DNA of 64,000 nt from Chloroflexota bacterium (lineage in GTDB: Bacteria; Chloroflexota; UBA11872; VXOZ01), in the NCBI GenBank assembly GCA_964291655.2, contig OZ219802.1, forward strand, positions 864,001 to 928,000, read 5' to 3'. The position numbers and the translations under genes are program-made. Under the pieces are notes generated by a model, which saw only the letters and a program-made list of their open reading frames with translations, was not told the DNA's origin and made no database searches. Shown piece after piece: positions 50,617 through 59,333 of the stretch; within the stretch, counting starts at the first letter, position 1, and each line of letters begins with the position of its first letter.

Positions 50617-52119
50617 TCATGAGTTTGCCACCCAAATCGGGCTCGACCACGCGACCTGACCGTTCTCTTGCGTTACGCGCAGGTAGTAATAGTCTTCCGC
50701 GCGATCTGTGCTGGGAGAATCGGCAAAGTCGTACGACGCACGGGCCAATTCGTCCGGCACGAGACGGTGTATCAAGAAGGAATCGGAGGGAAAGCCCGTG
50801 GTCAAGTCGGTTATGGCATTCCGGGAAGCTTCTTCCAACGTGTACGTTTCCGTGCGCTGCATCGGCTTGGTAAAATCAAGCGTCACCGTGGCGTTTGGCG
50901 GGCCCTCGACATCCAAGACCACGGAATTCTGCGGGCAATCGTTGAGACACTCAGCCAGGGATGTGTACGTCTGGAATCTGCACGCCGAGGCAGTTGATTC
51001 CAAAATGCGACTGCGCTTCTCCTCGTGGAACGGTCCCGGTTGAAAGCACGGCATCGCCTGATTGATGCGGGCGCCGTCTACTGACACGGTCAGGTCCCAC
51101 TCGGCGATGCGCGGCTTGCCAAACGCCGACCACGGCCCCCAGCCCACCTCGACACGGCAGCGATGCCGCCGCGACCAGGGATACCCTTCTGCCGGCTCGC
51201 TATCAGCCGGGAAGTGCCGGTGGATGACACGGTTGTTCTTGATAACTTCAACCTTCTCGATTTCGTCCCAGCCGCGGACGTTCACGGCAATCGCGCGCTC
51301 GTGGGCGGGAGGGAGGATCGATCCCATGGGGTGACCGTTGATGCGGAAGTCCAACTCAATCTTATCGCCGGAAGCGGCGTAGCAGCGTCGGCTCCAAAGC
51401 GCTTCCCAAATCGCCTCCCGCGTAAACTCCGGCACCAAGACCGCCACCTGTCCCTCGTTGTAAGCGCCCGGATGGGCCTGATGGTCGTCGGAAGAACCCG
51501 TAAAGCCTACGTGGTGACCCAAAGCGAGCGCATGCTGGATGGTATTGATGGTGACGCGCGGACCGAGACCGTGCCGCGTATAGGCAAACCGGCCGCGGTC
51601 GCGCTCCGCACCGCCGTGCTCGGAAATAATCTCCACGATTGGTGACACCGATTCATCGAGCCAGTCCCAGTTTGCGCCCCGGAAGCCACGCATGTACCCC
51701 GGATGGTGCGGTACCAGCAACGCGCCGCTGCGGCGAGCGTGTTCCTGGATCTCCCGCACATGGTTGGCGAATTGCAACGGGCCGTCTTCTTTGTAAATTA
51801 CGCAATGGTCGCCAAATCCGGCGGAATGCCACTCGTAGCCTAAGAATGCTTCAAATTGGCCTGGGTCTGTGGCATCTTTGATCAATTGCTTGGTTCTGGG
51901 CCAGACTTCCCTGTGGCGGTCAAAGCCTTCTTGCCACTGTTCGTGCCGGTTGTTGGGCATCTCCGGCATGTCGTGCCACTGCGCGTGGCCGGTGAAGGCA
52001 AAGAAGTCCAAATGACTCTGCGCCATATCGATGGCACGTTCCAACGTGCCTTTCGTGTAGTGAAACAGGCCCACGGTGTTGTGGTTGTGAATGTCGCCCC
52101 AGAGAATCTTGTAGTCCAT
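50617..52119 (-). CDS. DUF3604 / PHP-like metallohydrolase
   Basis: WGDIHNH, FTGH, GYEWH, PHH, EIISEHG, GSSDDH, AWSSPIW; the longer ORF start runs through repeat DNA. Confidence 0.85.
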   Translation of the reverse strand: MDYKILWGDIHNHNTVGLFHYTKGTLERAIDMAQSHLDFFAFTGHAQWHDMPEMPNNRHEQWQEGFDRHREVWPRTKQLIKDATDPGQFEAFLGYEWHSAGFGDHCVIYKEDGPLQFANHVREIQEHARRSGALLVPHHPGYMRGFRGANWDWLDESVSPIVEIISEHGGAERDRGRFAYTRHGLGPRVTINTIQHALALGHHVGFTGSSDDHQAHPGAYNEGQVAVLVPEFTREAIWEALWSRRCYAASGDKIELDFRINGHPMGSILPPAHERAIAVNVRGWDEIEKVEVIKNNRVIHRHFPADSEPAEGYPWSRRHRCRVEVGWGPWSAFGKPRIAEWDLTVSVDGARINQAMPCFQPGPFHEEKRSRILESTASACRFQTYTSLAECLNDCPQNSVVLDVEGPPNATVTLDFTKPMQRTETYTLEEASRNAITDLTTGFPSDSFLIHRLVPDELARASYDFADSPSTDRAEDYYYLRVTQENGQVAWSSPIWVANS

Positions 52120-52187
52120 TCCGTCGCTTCTATCCTCTCCGTCTAAGAACGTGTTCGCTAATCTTCTATCAATTAGGATTGGATGCC

Positions 52188-52236
52188 CGTTCGCCCTGAG
52201 CCTGCCTGTCCTGAGCTTATCGAAGGGTCGGAGGGC
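52188..52236. repeat. CTGAGCYTGTCGAA hairpin with a 23-bp copy of itself nested inside
   Basis: cgttcgccctgagcct[gcctgtcctgagcttatcgaagg]gtcggagggc. Confidence 0.7.
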
Positions 52237-52284
52237 ATGCATAGCCCGGACAAGTGCCCTACCAAGTCTTCTCGCCGCCAATGG

Positions 52285-52794
52285 CTATTGTGAAGGCTCC
52301 GAACGCTCGCTTAGTCTCATCATGTAGACAATGCTGCGGTTGAGCGGCTCGAACCCTTGCCGCTCGTACATGCGGCGGGCGGGCTCGTAGCAGTCTTCCA
52401 GCCCGGTTGACACTTGAGCAAACTCCATCCCCGCTTCCGCGATGAGTTCCAAAACGCGTGCGTCTAGCCGCCCGCCAATACCGTGCCCACGATACTCCGG
52501 CAACACGGCATTGTTGCCCACCGTCCCGATGCGCGTCTCTTCGTTGACGTGATAGGTGGCAAAGCCCACCGCCTTGCCCTCAACTTTGGCAATCACCACG
52601 TTGTTGATGTCAATCGTGCGCATGTCGTCGGCTTTCCACTCGTCCCACGTACGCCCGCCGATGATGCCGTAGCGCTCTTCGCGCCAGCGATTGACGGTAA
52701 CTTCCGCGAACCCGCGCACGATGAGCTCGATGAGCGTCCCGCGGTCTGCCTCAACAGCGCGCCGGATTGTCACGTCTGTCGCACTCATGGTCAT
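52285..52794 (-). CDS. GNAT N-acetyltransferase
   Basis: AVLPEYRGHGIG motif A; ARRMYERQGF. Confidence 0.92.
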   Translation of the reverse strand: MTMSATDVTIRRAVEADRGTLIELIVRGFAEVTVNRWREERYGIIGGRTWDEWKADDMRTIDINNVVIAKVEGKAVGFATYHVNEETRIGTVGNNAVLPEYRGHGIGGRLDARVLELIAEAGMEFAQVSTGLEDCYEPARRMYERQGFEPLNRSIVYMMRLSERSEPSQ

Positions 52795-53276
52795 GGGGTG
52801 TCCTGTGCGAGCTTTTTCATGTAGCAGATGCTACGGAAATACGGCGTGAATCCCTGCCGCTCGTACATACGGCGGGCGGGCGCGTACGGTTCATCTAGAC
52901 CGGTCGTGACCTGTGCGAACTCCATGCCGGCCTCCTCCAACTGTTTGAGTACACACGCCAGTAGCTGCGCGCCAACGCGCGTCGAGTCATCCAACTCATA
53001 GGTCGCAAAACCGACTGCCTTGCCGGCAACTTCGGCTATCATGACCTTGGAAACGTCAATCGTGCGCATGATGTCGGCTTCCCACTCCTCCCACGGGCGA
53101 CCGCCAATAGCACCAAACTGCTTTTCGCGCCGGCGATTGGTGGTTACGTCCGCAAATGCGCGTACGATGAGATCTGCCAATGTGTCTCGGTCAGCTTCTG
53201 CGGCCAGACGGACTCGACTCTCGACAGCGATCTTCGTGACACCCTGTTTCTCCAAGTACCACTGTCTGTTCACCAT
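52791..53276 (-). CDS. GNAT paralog with in-frame deletion of motif A (possible pseudogene)
   Basis: Colinear with the neighbouring GNAT but lacks the 17 residues TVGNNAVLPEYRGHGIG. Confidence 0.75.
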   Translation of the reverse strand: MVNRQWYLEKQGVTKIAVESRVRLAAEADRDTLADLIVRAFADVTTNRRREKQFGAIGGRPWEEWEADIMRTIDVSKVMIAEVAGKAVGFATYELDDSTRVGAQLLACVLKQLEEAGMEFAQVTTGLDEPYAPARRMYERQGFTPYFRSICYMKKLAQDTP

Positions 53277-53361
53277 TGATAGATACTTGTCAAGGACAGG
53301 TCATGCATGAGAGACTCAAGACAATTGACGTCTGTCCCCCCTTGCAAGATGTCTCATTGAT

Positions 53362-54471
53362 CTACTTCCTAAAGTCCTTCACCGCCTTGATTAGTTTCAT
53401 CCCGGCGGTCCAAGTAAGTTCCTCTCCTTCAAAGTCTGATCTGTACAATCCTTGAAGATTGGATGGCACAGGGATCCTTCGATCCCACAACAGTACCACA
53501 CGCTCTTTGTACAAGACGAATGCAGCACCGATTTCAATCAAGACATTTTCGTTGAGAGAAAACGACCCATTACTGTCCTTCCTGTTTTCATCAACCGAGA
53601 CGATAATGATTGCTGCTGTACAGTCATGCATTGCGTTGAGCACTTTATGCGGTACAGGTATGGCGGTTGATTCCTCGCCTTCCGCAATCTTTGTCTCAAT
53701 GTCTAGAGTATCAAGAATAGTCTCAACCTGATCGAGGATGTCTTTGTTACTTCCATGAGAAATGAAGACCCGCATCTCTTGTCGGGTAGCTGTAAGAGAT
53801 TCCTCCAAGTTCTCCTCTATGGAAATGTCGGCGTTCTCTGATTGTTCTTCCAAGGGCGCGTCTTCTTGCGCCATTTCGCGCGATGGTGAATCCACCAACA
53901 TCTCCGATTGCTCAGCAGGATCATCTAGTCCAGTCAAGGTCTCAGGTGACCGATTTACAAATTGCGACACCGCATCCATGTCCAGTTCCAAGCGTGTGGA
54001 CTGCCCCCTACGACCTATTTTGTATTCACCTAGACCCGCTCCATCAGCTAAGTGAAAAAAGCAGACGGCGTTATCCTTAATGGTATTCTCTTTCTCCGAA
54101 CCCAGTCCTTCTCGATAGTTCTCGTGCCAAAAACTCGCTATATCCACATTGCTAATGGACTCCAGATCCTGATTGTAGGCCCACTCCAATGCGTAGCTGT
54201 AAAGACGAACCTGCCGCACACACCCCTGTAACACCTCTCGCTCAGTCTCGGGCTTACGAGCCAAACTCCAGCCAATCTCCGTCAGCTTCATTCGATCGTT
54301 TTCTCTGGTTATCAGACCCCAGATCTCATAAGCATTAACTTTCCGAGGGTCCAGAACTTGCTTCTTAACAATTGATTTGGCTTCTTTTATTGATGCGCCC
54401 ATCGGCTTGTTTTTCAAAAACTTCACCAAGTCACGCACATCATCGACTGTGGTTAGTACAGGCAAGGACAT
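53362..54471 (-). CDS. TIR-domain protein (CAP12/Pycsar-type TIR) with putative winged-helix N-terminus
   Basis: VFISHG, AAIIIVSVD, NENVLIEIG, VPSNLQG; visibly lower GC than flanks; GGAGG RBS. Confidence 0.85.
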   Translation of the reverse strand: MSLPVLTTVDDVRDLVKFLKNKPMGASIKEAKSIVKKQVLDPRKVNAYEIWGLITRENDRMKLTEIGWSLARKPETEREVLQGCVRQVRLYSYALEWAYNQDLESISNVDIASFWHENYREGLGSEKENTIKDNAVCFFHLADGAGLGEYKIGRRGQSTRLELDMDAVSQFVNRSPETLTGLDDPAEQSEMLVDSPSREMAQEDAPLEEQSENADISIEENLEESLTATRQEMRVFISHGSNKDILDQVETILDTLDIETKIAEGEESTAIPVPHKVLNAMHDCTAAIIIVSVDENRKDSNGSFSLNENVLIEIGAAFVLYKERVVLLWDRRIPVPSNLQGLYRSDFEGEELTWTAGMKLIKAVKDFRK

Positions 54472-54830
54472 AATTGCAGGCCTCCTTCGTCAACTGTCCT
54501 AACTACTTCTTCGCACCACCGTGCTACTAACGCTGTTATTCGACGACTTAACTATACAACAACGTCATAAGAGGCGCAATAGGCAATCGCCTATTTTCCC
54601 CATATATCTATAATAACTCGGGGGTAAGCTAGTGTTTGTACTCGTTCGAACCACAATCAACGCCGAGATTATCTATTGACACTTTGGTCTGTATTTCTCC
54701 ATAAAGCGTGATTAGTGACAATGGAGTGTTGACGATTTTCGCCAGCAAAATCTTGAGAGCACTATAGTGGTTCGTTAAACAGCTAGCAGAAGGGTGAGGG
54801 CTGTGCGTGAATTCCCCACAGCCCGGAATC

Positions 54831-56840
54831 TCACGTGGACGAGACCCAGATCGGACTCGACCAGGCGACATGGCCGTCGGCCTGCGTCGCGCGCAAGTAG
54901 AAGTAAGAGGTCTGATCACCTGTAAGAGGGAGCGTCTTGGCGAGCGTGGCGACGCAATCCGTGGCGGGCTGACTCAAGACGACACTGCCGTTGCAGACCA
55001 AGTCTAAACGAATCAGAGGAGCCGTGCCAAGTACGCGCGCCGTCACCGCTACGTCAGGCGCGGCCGAAGAAAACTCCTCACCCATACCGTGGCCGTCCAC
55101 ACGAAAATCCAGCACAATGCGTGCGCCGGTGGTGGCGTAGCAGCGGCGTTTCCTGAGGGCCTCGATGATTGCCTCGCGGGTGAGTTCCGGCGCAATAATA
55201 GCAGTGAGACCGCCGGTCATGTAGTCGTGAAAGTCAACGCCTGCCATGGAGCAGGTGTTCCTGCCGGGCTGGGCATGGTGGCTGTCGGTGCCGCCCACAA
55301 AGCCGAGGCGGTGTCCCATGGCCAGAGCGTCCTGGGCGGAAGCGCCACCGCCGCCAATCACGGTCGCACCGCCGGGTTCATCCGTCTCGAACGCCCCGCG
55401 GTTTTGCGCTAGCTCCAAGACAGTCTGGTACTTAGGATTGTGGCGCTGCCAGTCCTGCACCTGCCAATTCTGATAGCCACCCTCGGAAGTCACATTGATA
55501 TGGTGCGGTACCACCACGGCGCCAGTACCCTCCAGCGCCGGCCAGATTTCCTCGATTGTGCTGGTCGTTATGCGCTTTCCTTCATCGGGATAGAGAATTA
55601 CCCGATGGCCTGCGCTCGGATCGCTCAATTCGACAGCCACCAGCGGCACGAACTGTCCGGCTGCATGGAACTGCGCAATGATCGCCTGATACTCTTCCCA
55701 GTCGTCCGCCCGTGGCACAGACCAGATGGCCTCGATATTCTGCGGCGGCGGAAACCACGCCACGCCGACGCAGTCGAGACCGGAAACGTCCCGGGCATAG
55801 CGAAACGCCTCGGCATATGTGCCGATACCGTGCGCCATGAAGGGGCCGTGGGGGCGGTGACCGGGATCTAGGGCGCGAGGCGCATGGGTGTGCAGATCGC
55901 CAAAGAAGATGCGGTCGCTGCCAGTTTCAACAACGTCAATCGGATTGCTAACGCCGGATATACCTGCTTCCCACGCCGCGGCCGTAACCGTGATCGGGCC
56001 TGCCGCGTTTCTGGAAACGATGAATGACCCAGTCCGCGCCGTGCCGCCATCGCCCGCCGCAAGGGCGAAAGGCGCAAGTCCACTGATGCCGCCCGGCTTT
56101 GCACCCAGAGCGACTTCTCCTGCGAAGTCCGTACAGACATTGCCATACGCATCTTCAACCCGCACCAGTACTGTGAACTCTTCACCGGCAGCAACCGTGG
56201 CAGGGGCAATCACACCGAGGCGCGCAGGCGGTCCCGCGACGACATCCACAACCGGCAACTCCGGCAGCAGGCGATAGCCTTTCGGATCGCCGCCGGGATA
56301 GCGCGGATTGCTATAGCTGGCATTGCCCAGGACGTCCACGAGCACCTGGAAGTACATCTCGTGCATGGCGACTTCCTGCGCACGTGCACGCTCGAAGAAG
56401 CCCGGTATGAACGATCCGGCATCACCGATCGTCACCGCGATCTCTTGGCCCGGTTGCAGCGCTGCGCCTTCCACCGTCACGAACACACAGGGGAACTGCG
56501 AGTGATGGTACTTGAGAGGATAAGCATTTCGTAAGCTAACCGAAACTCCGCAGCGACCGCTCGTGGTCGCCGTAACGTGGCCGAGACGCCACCGTACGCT
56601 GTGCACGCAGGGCGGCACCACCGCGATGCCCCCACCGGGCGCGATGCCGGCACTTCCCGCCGTATACGTGAGTGTCCACGTGCCAAACGCACCTGCAACG
56701 ACTGGATCGGCCGGACTCAGCGCACACATGCCAAGCTCAGCCTGCAAAGTTGCTTGCGTTTCTTCCGCCGTTACCTGCACACCATGGGTAACACCCTGGT
56801 CTTGAGATGCAGGTGGCGCCGATTTCGTGCTTTTGCTCAC
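54831..56840 (-). CDS. DUF3604 / PHP-like metallohydrolase with N-terminal beta domains
   Basis: FGDLHTH, GHR, PHH, GFVGGTDSH, RRCYATTG, AWSSPIW. Confidence 0.85.
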   Translation of the reverse strand: MSKSTKSAPPASQDQGVTHGVQVTAEETQATLQAELGMCALSPADPVVAGAFGTWTLTYTAGSAGIAPGGGIAVVPPCVHSVRWRLGHVTATTSGRCGVSVSLRNAYPLKYHHSQFPCVFVTVEGAALQPGQEIAVTIGDAGSFIPGFFERARAQEVAMHEMYFQVLVDVLGNASYSNPRYPGGDPKGYRLLPELPVVDVVAGPPARLGVIAPATVAAGEEFTVLVRVEDAYGNVCTDFAGEVALGAKPGGISGLAPFALAAGDGGTARTGSFIVSRNAAGPITVTAAAWEAGISGVSNPIDVVETGSDRIFFGDLHTHAPRALDPGHRPHGPFMAHGIGTYAEAFRYARDVSGLDCVGVAWFPPPQNIEAIWSVPRADDWEEYQAIIAQFHAAGQFVPLVAVELSDPSAGHRVILYPDEGKRITTSTIEEIWPALEGTGAVVVPHHINVTSEGGYQNWQVQDWQRHNPKYQTVLELAQNRGAFETDEPGGATVIGGGGASAQDALAMGHRLGFVGGTDSHHAQPGRNTCSMAGVDFHDYMTGGLTAIIAPELTREAIIEALRKRRCYATTGARIVLDFRVDGHGMGEEFSSAAPDVAVTARVLGTAPLIRLDLVCNGSVVLSQPATDCVATLAKTLPLTGDQTSYFYLRATQADGHVAWSSPIWVSST

Positions 56841-56889
56841 TATTGCGCTCCTGTGCAGCGAGTGCAGCCCGATGACCTATCGTTATTCC

Positions 56890-57253
56890 GTAGCGCGGGG
56901 GCTTGTCCCCCGCCTCTTTGCCATCCACCGACCTAGACAACAAACTTTAGGCTCCGGGACTTTCTCGCACTTGCCCAATGGCAAGGCTGGCGCAGGTTAC
57001 AAACCTGCGCTACCGGACTTCTCTCCTTCACGTTGACATTCCCACAATCCCGTTTGGCAGGCAAGATTACCCCCTCGTTCTATGGTGTTACCTATGTGCC
57101 CGAACATGTGTAACCCATGTATCCGGTCTATACAGGGAGAGGGCCGGGGTGAGGGGAAATCCTCACTGCTTCAGCCTATTTCCCCGCTTCCGACACTCAT
57201 TACCCAAGAGTCTCTCACGGGCCAGGTGGTCGCAGGTTGCAAACCTGCGCTAC
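56890..57253. repeat. REP cluster (three GTAG REPs and a half CCCTCACCC REP)
   Basis: 56890-56913, 56991-57013, 57135-57156, 57231-57253. Confidence 0.8.
57071..57134. mobile_element. Solo end of the IS481 MITE
   Basis: 62/64 identical to 38409-38472 and abutting a half REP. Confidence 0.85.
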
Positions 57254-57307
57254 CGGGACTACGTAGCTGGTAATGTGCTACCGTTCCTGTCTCCCACCGA
57301 GGCAATA

Positions 57308-58078
57308 TCACACGCCAAACAGCCGCGCCGCATTTTCGTGAAATAGCTTCTGCTTGACCGCGTCCTCAATCTGCGATTCGGTCTCGATGCTAAGCTTTGC
57401 CGATTCATGGTAGTGCAGCGGTGAGTTGGAGCCAAACAGCACGTGGTCCGGGCCAATGGTGCTACACAGCTTCGCCACGTCGTGGATGGGCCCCTGCACG
57501 CGACTGTTTTCTGCACACAAATTTTCGCGCTTGTCGACGCTCCGCCAAATGCTCGTAACCTCTCCAAATCGCCCGCCAGTGACGAGAAAACGCACCTGCG
57601 GGAAAGCGTTGACGGTCTGCGCAATGTCCCCGGCCCCCACGTCCGGGACTATTACGAGCCGGTGGTGATGCCGCACGTCCTCCAAGCCGATTGCGATCAT
57701 CACAAGCAAGTCGTGTTCGCGCGCGATCTCCAGCAAGCGCAAGTTCTCCTGCCCCAACAGTTCGTAGCCATGGTAATTGGGGTGCAGACGCAGGTTCTTG
57801 GCGCCGAGTTCATCGAGGCATATCTCCAGGTCTTCATCCCATCCCGGATACCCAGGGTTGATAGTGTACGCCGGGATGAAACGGTCCGGATGCGCCTGTG
57901 CAATCTCGTGCAGTTCCCGGTTGCCGACGAGCAGATCTTTAAAGAAGACGTTCTCCAAACGCGAAACCACGGCCTTTTCAATGCCGAGTGAGTCCATCTT
58001 ACGCAGCAGGTTGTCCGGCTGGGAGTGCGGCAGGCGGCGAAACGGCCACTCGCCGACGTAGGCGTTGCTATCAATCAT
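57308..58078 (-). CDS. Amidohydrolase_2 family protein lacking the HxH motif
   Basis: IDSNAYVG.WPFR, RLHPNYHGY, VLFGSN.P. Confidence 0.85.
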   Translation of the reverse strand: MIDSNAYVGEWPFRRLPHSQPDNLLRKMDSLGIEKAVVSRLENVFFKDLLVGNRELHEIAQAHPDRFIPAYTINPGYPGWDEDLEICLDELGAKNLRLHPNYHGYELLGQENLRLLEIAREHDLLVMIAIGLEDVRHHHRLVIVPDVGAGDIAQTVNAFPQVRFLVTGGRFGEVTSIWRSVDKRENLCAENSRVQGPIHDVAKLCSTIGPDHVLFGSNSPLHYHESAKLSIETESQIEDAVKQKLFHENAARLFGV

Positions 58079-58139
58079 GTCGCATCATCCCTCGCTTCAC
58101 GAGTCTAACTCCCTCTCCGGTGGGAGAGGCAAACGCCGC

Positions 58140-58393
58140 CTAGTGGTTCGACACGATTGTATTGATGGGTAGCGCAGTCCCTTCGACAGAGCCTGTACTG
58201 AGCCTGCCGAAGTGCTCAGGACACGTTTGCAACCTCGCATCACGTACGGGGCAGGCTCTGCGCAATCTTGCCGTAGCGCGGGGCGAGCACACCGAACCGA
58301 AATGCTGGGCACAGGTTGCAAACCTGTGCTACCGGAGTTCCTACCCATCCACCGGTGCTCCTACCCATCACTGCAAAGATGTCGAACCACTAG
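58140..58393. mobile_element. MITE (family C), CTAG-flanked; supplies the stop codon of the amidohydrolase gene 58390..59175
   Basis: 14-bp perfect TIR CTAGTGGTTCGACA extending to about 33 bp imperfect. Confidence 0.85.
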
Positions 58394-59175
58394 GTTCCAT
58401 GCCGCGTCGTCTTGCACTGCACCAATACACGCGCCATGTTCCCGTAGAGAATCTTCTCTTTGTCCTTACTCGACAGCCGTGTGCCGATCACTTTCGCAAG
58501 CTGTGACGGGAACGAGCGACCGGGCATATCGGTACCGAAGATCACGCGCTCCGCACCTACGTGGTCCACCAGAATGTGCACCCCCGCCGCATTGCACTCG
58601 TTGCCGGCAATATCGAGCAGGGCGTTTGGCGTACTGCGAAAGACTTTGGCGCCGTACTCGTAGTCACCACCGGCGTGGGCCGCGATGATGGTGGCCTGCG
58701 GATGCCGACGGGCAAGATCCGCCACCATCTCCGGCGGCGATTCGCCATAGCCCAGGCCGCCCGCCTTTAGCCACGTGTGCTGCAAGGCCGGCACGCGGTA
58801 TTGGGCGCAGATTTCCACCAGTCGGTCAACGCGCGGATCGTCGCACGGCACCGCGTGCCACAGCTTTAGTCCCACAAAACCTTGCGTATCAAGCCGCCTC
58901 TCCAATTCAGCCGCCGCGGCATCAGCATGGTAGGGATTTACATAGCAAAAACCGCGCACACGCTCAGGATAGCGCTGCATGAGCTCGTACGTTTCGTCAT
59001 TGGACCGTGCGCAGAACCCCGCAGTCGGAAACGAGTAGCGGGAAGCGTCTGCCACCGGACGAATGGCATACGTCACGAGCACAGCATCGAATTGCTCCGC
59101 TATCGCGATCTGTTCCGCAAAGTCGTCCAATGACTTGCCGACGTCGGTGTGGACATGCACGTCGATGATTGGCAT
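58390..59175 (-). CDS. Amidohydrolase_2 family protein
   Basis: IDVHVH, GLKL, LQH, AAHAGG, IFGTDMP. Confidence 0.92.
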   Translation of the reverse strand: MPIIDVHVHTDVGKSLDDFAEQIAIAEQFDAVLVTYAIRPVADASRYSFPTAGFCARSNDETYELMQRYPERVRGFCYVNPYHADAAAAELERRLDTQGFVGLKLWHAVPCDDPRVDRLVEICAQYRVPALQHTWLKAGGLGYGESPPEMVADLARRHPQATIIAAHAGGDYEYGAKVFRSTPNALLDIAGNECNAAGVHILVDHVGAERVIFGTDMPGRSFPSQLAKVIGTRLSSKDKEKILYGNMARVLVQCKTTRHGT

Positions 59176-59214
59176 TAGAGTATTCCGACTTAGACCCCTA
59201 CATTTGCTCTCTAT

Positions 59215-59240
59215 GTCATTTCGAGCGCAGCGAGAAATCT
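59215..59240 (+). repeat. GTCA-type REP-like hairpin
   Basis: gtcatttcgagcgcagcgagaaatct; same layout as the CGTC REP at 3400. Confidence 0.5.
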
Positions 59241-59333
59241 AGAGTACTTGAGCTCTTTTCACGACCTTCTGCTTGGCGAATTGCCAGGCTGACTGGCTGC
59301 ATTCTCGTGGTAGAGAACCCCACAGTACCAAGG

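Noticed and set aside
52120-52281. N-terminal extension of the DUF3604 ORF in the track
   Set aside because: Reads through nested repeat DNA (PFDKLRTG..LRANG); homology starts at MDYKILWGD.
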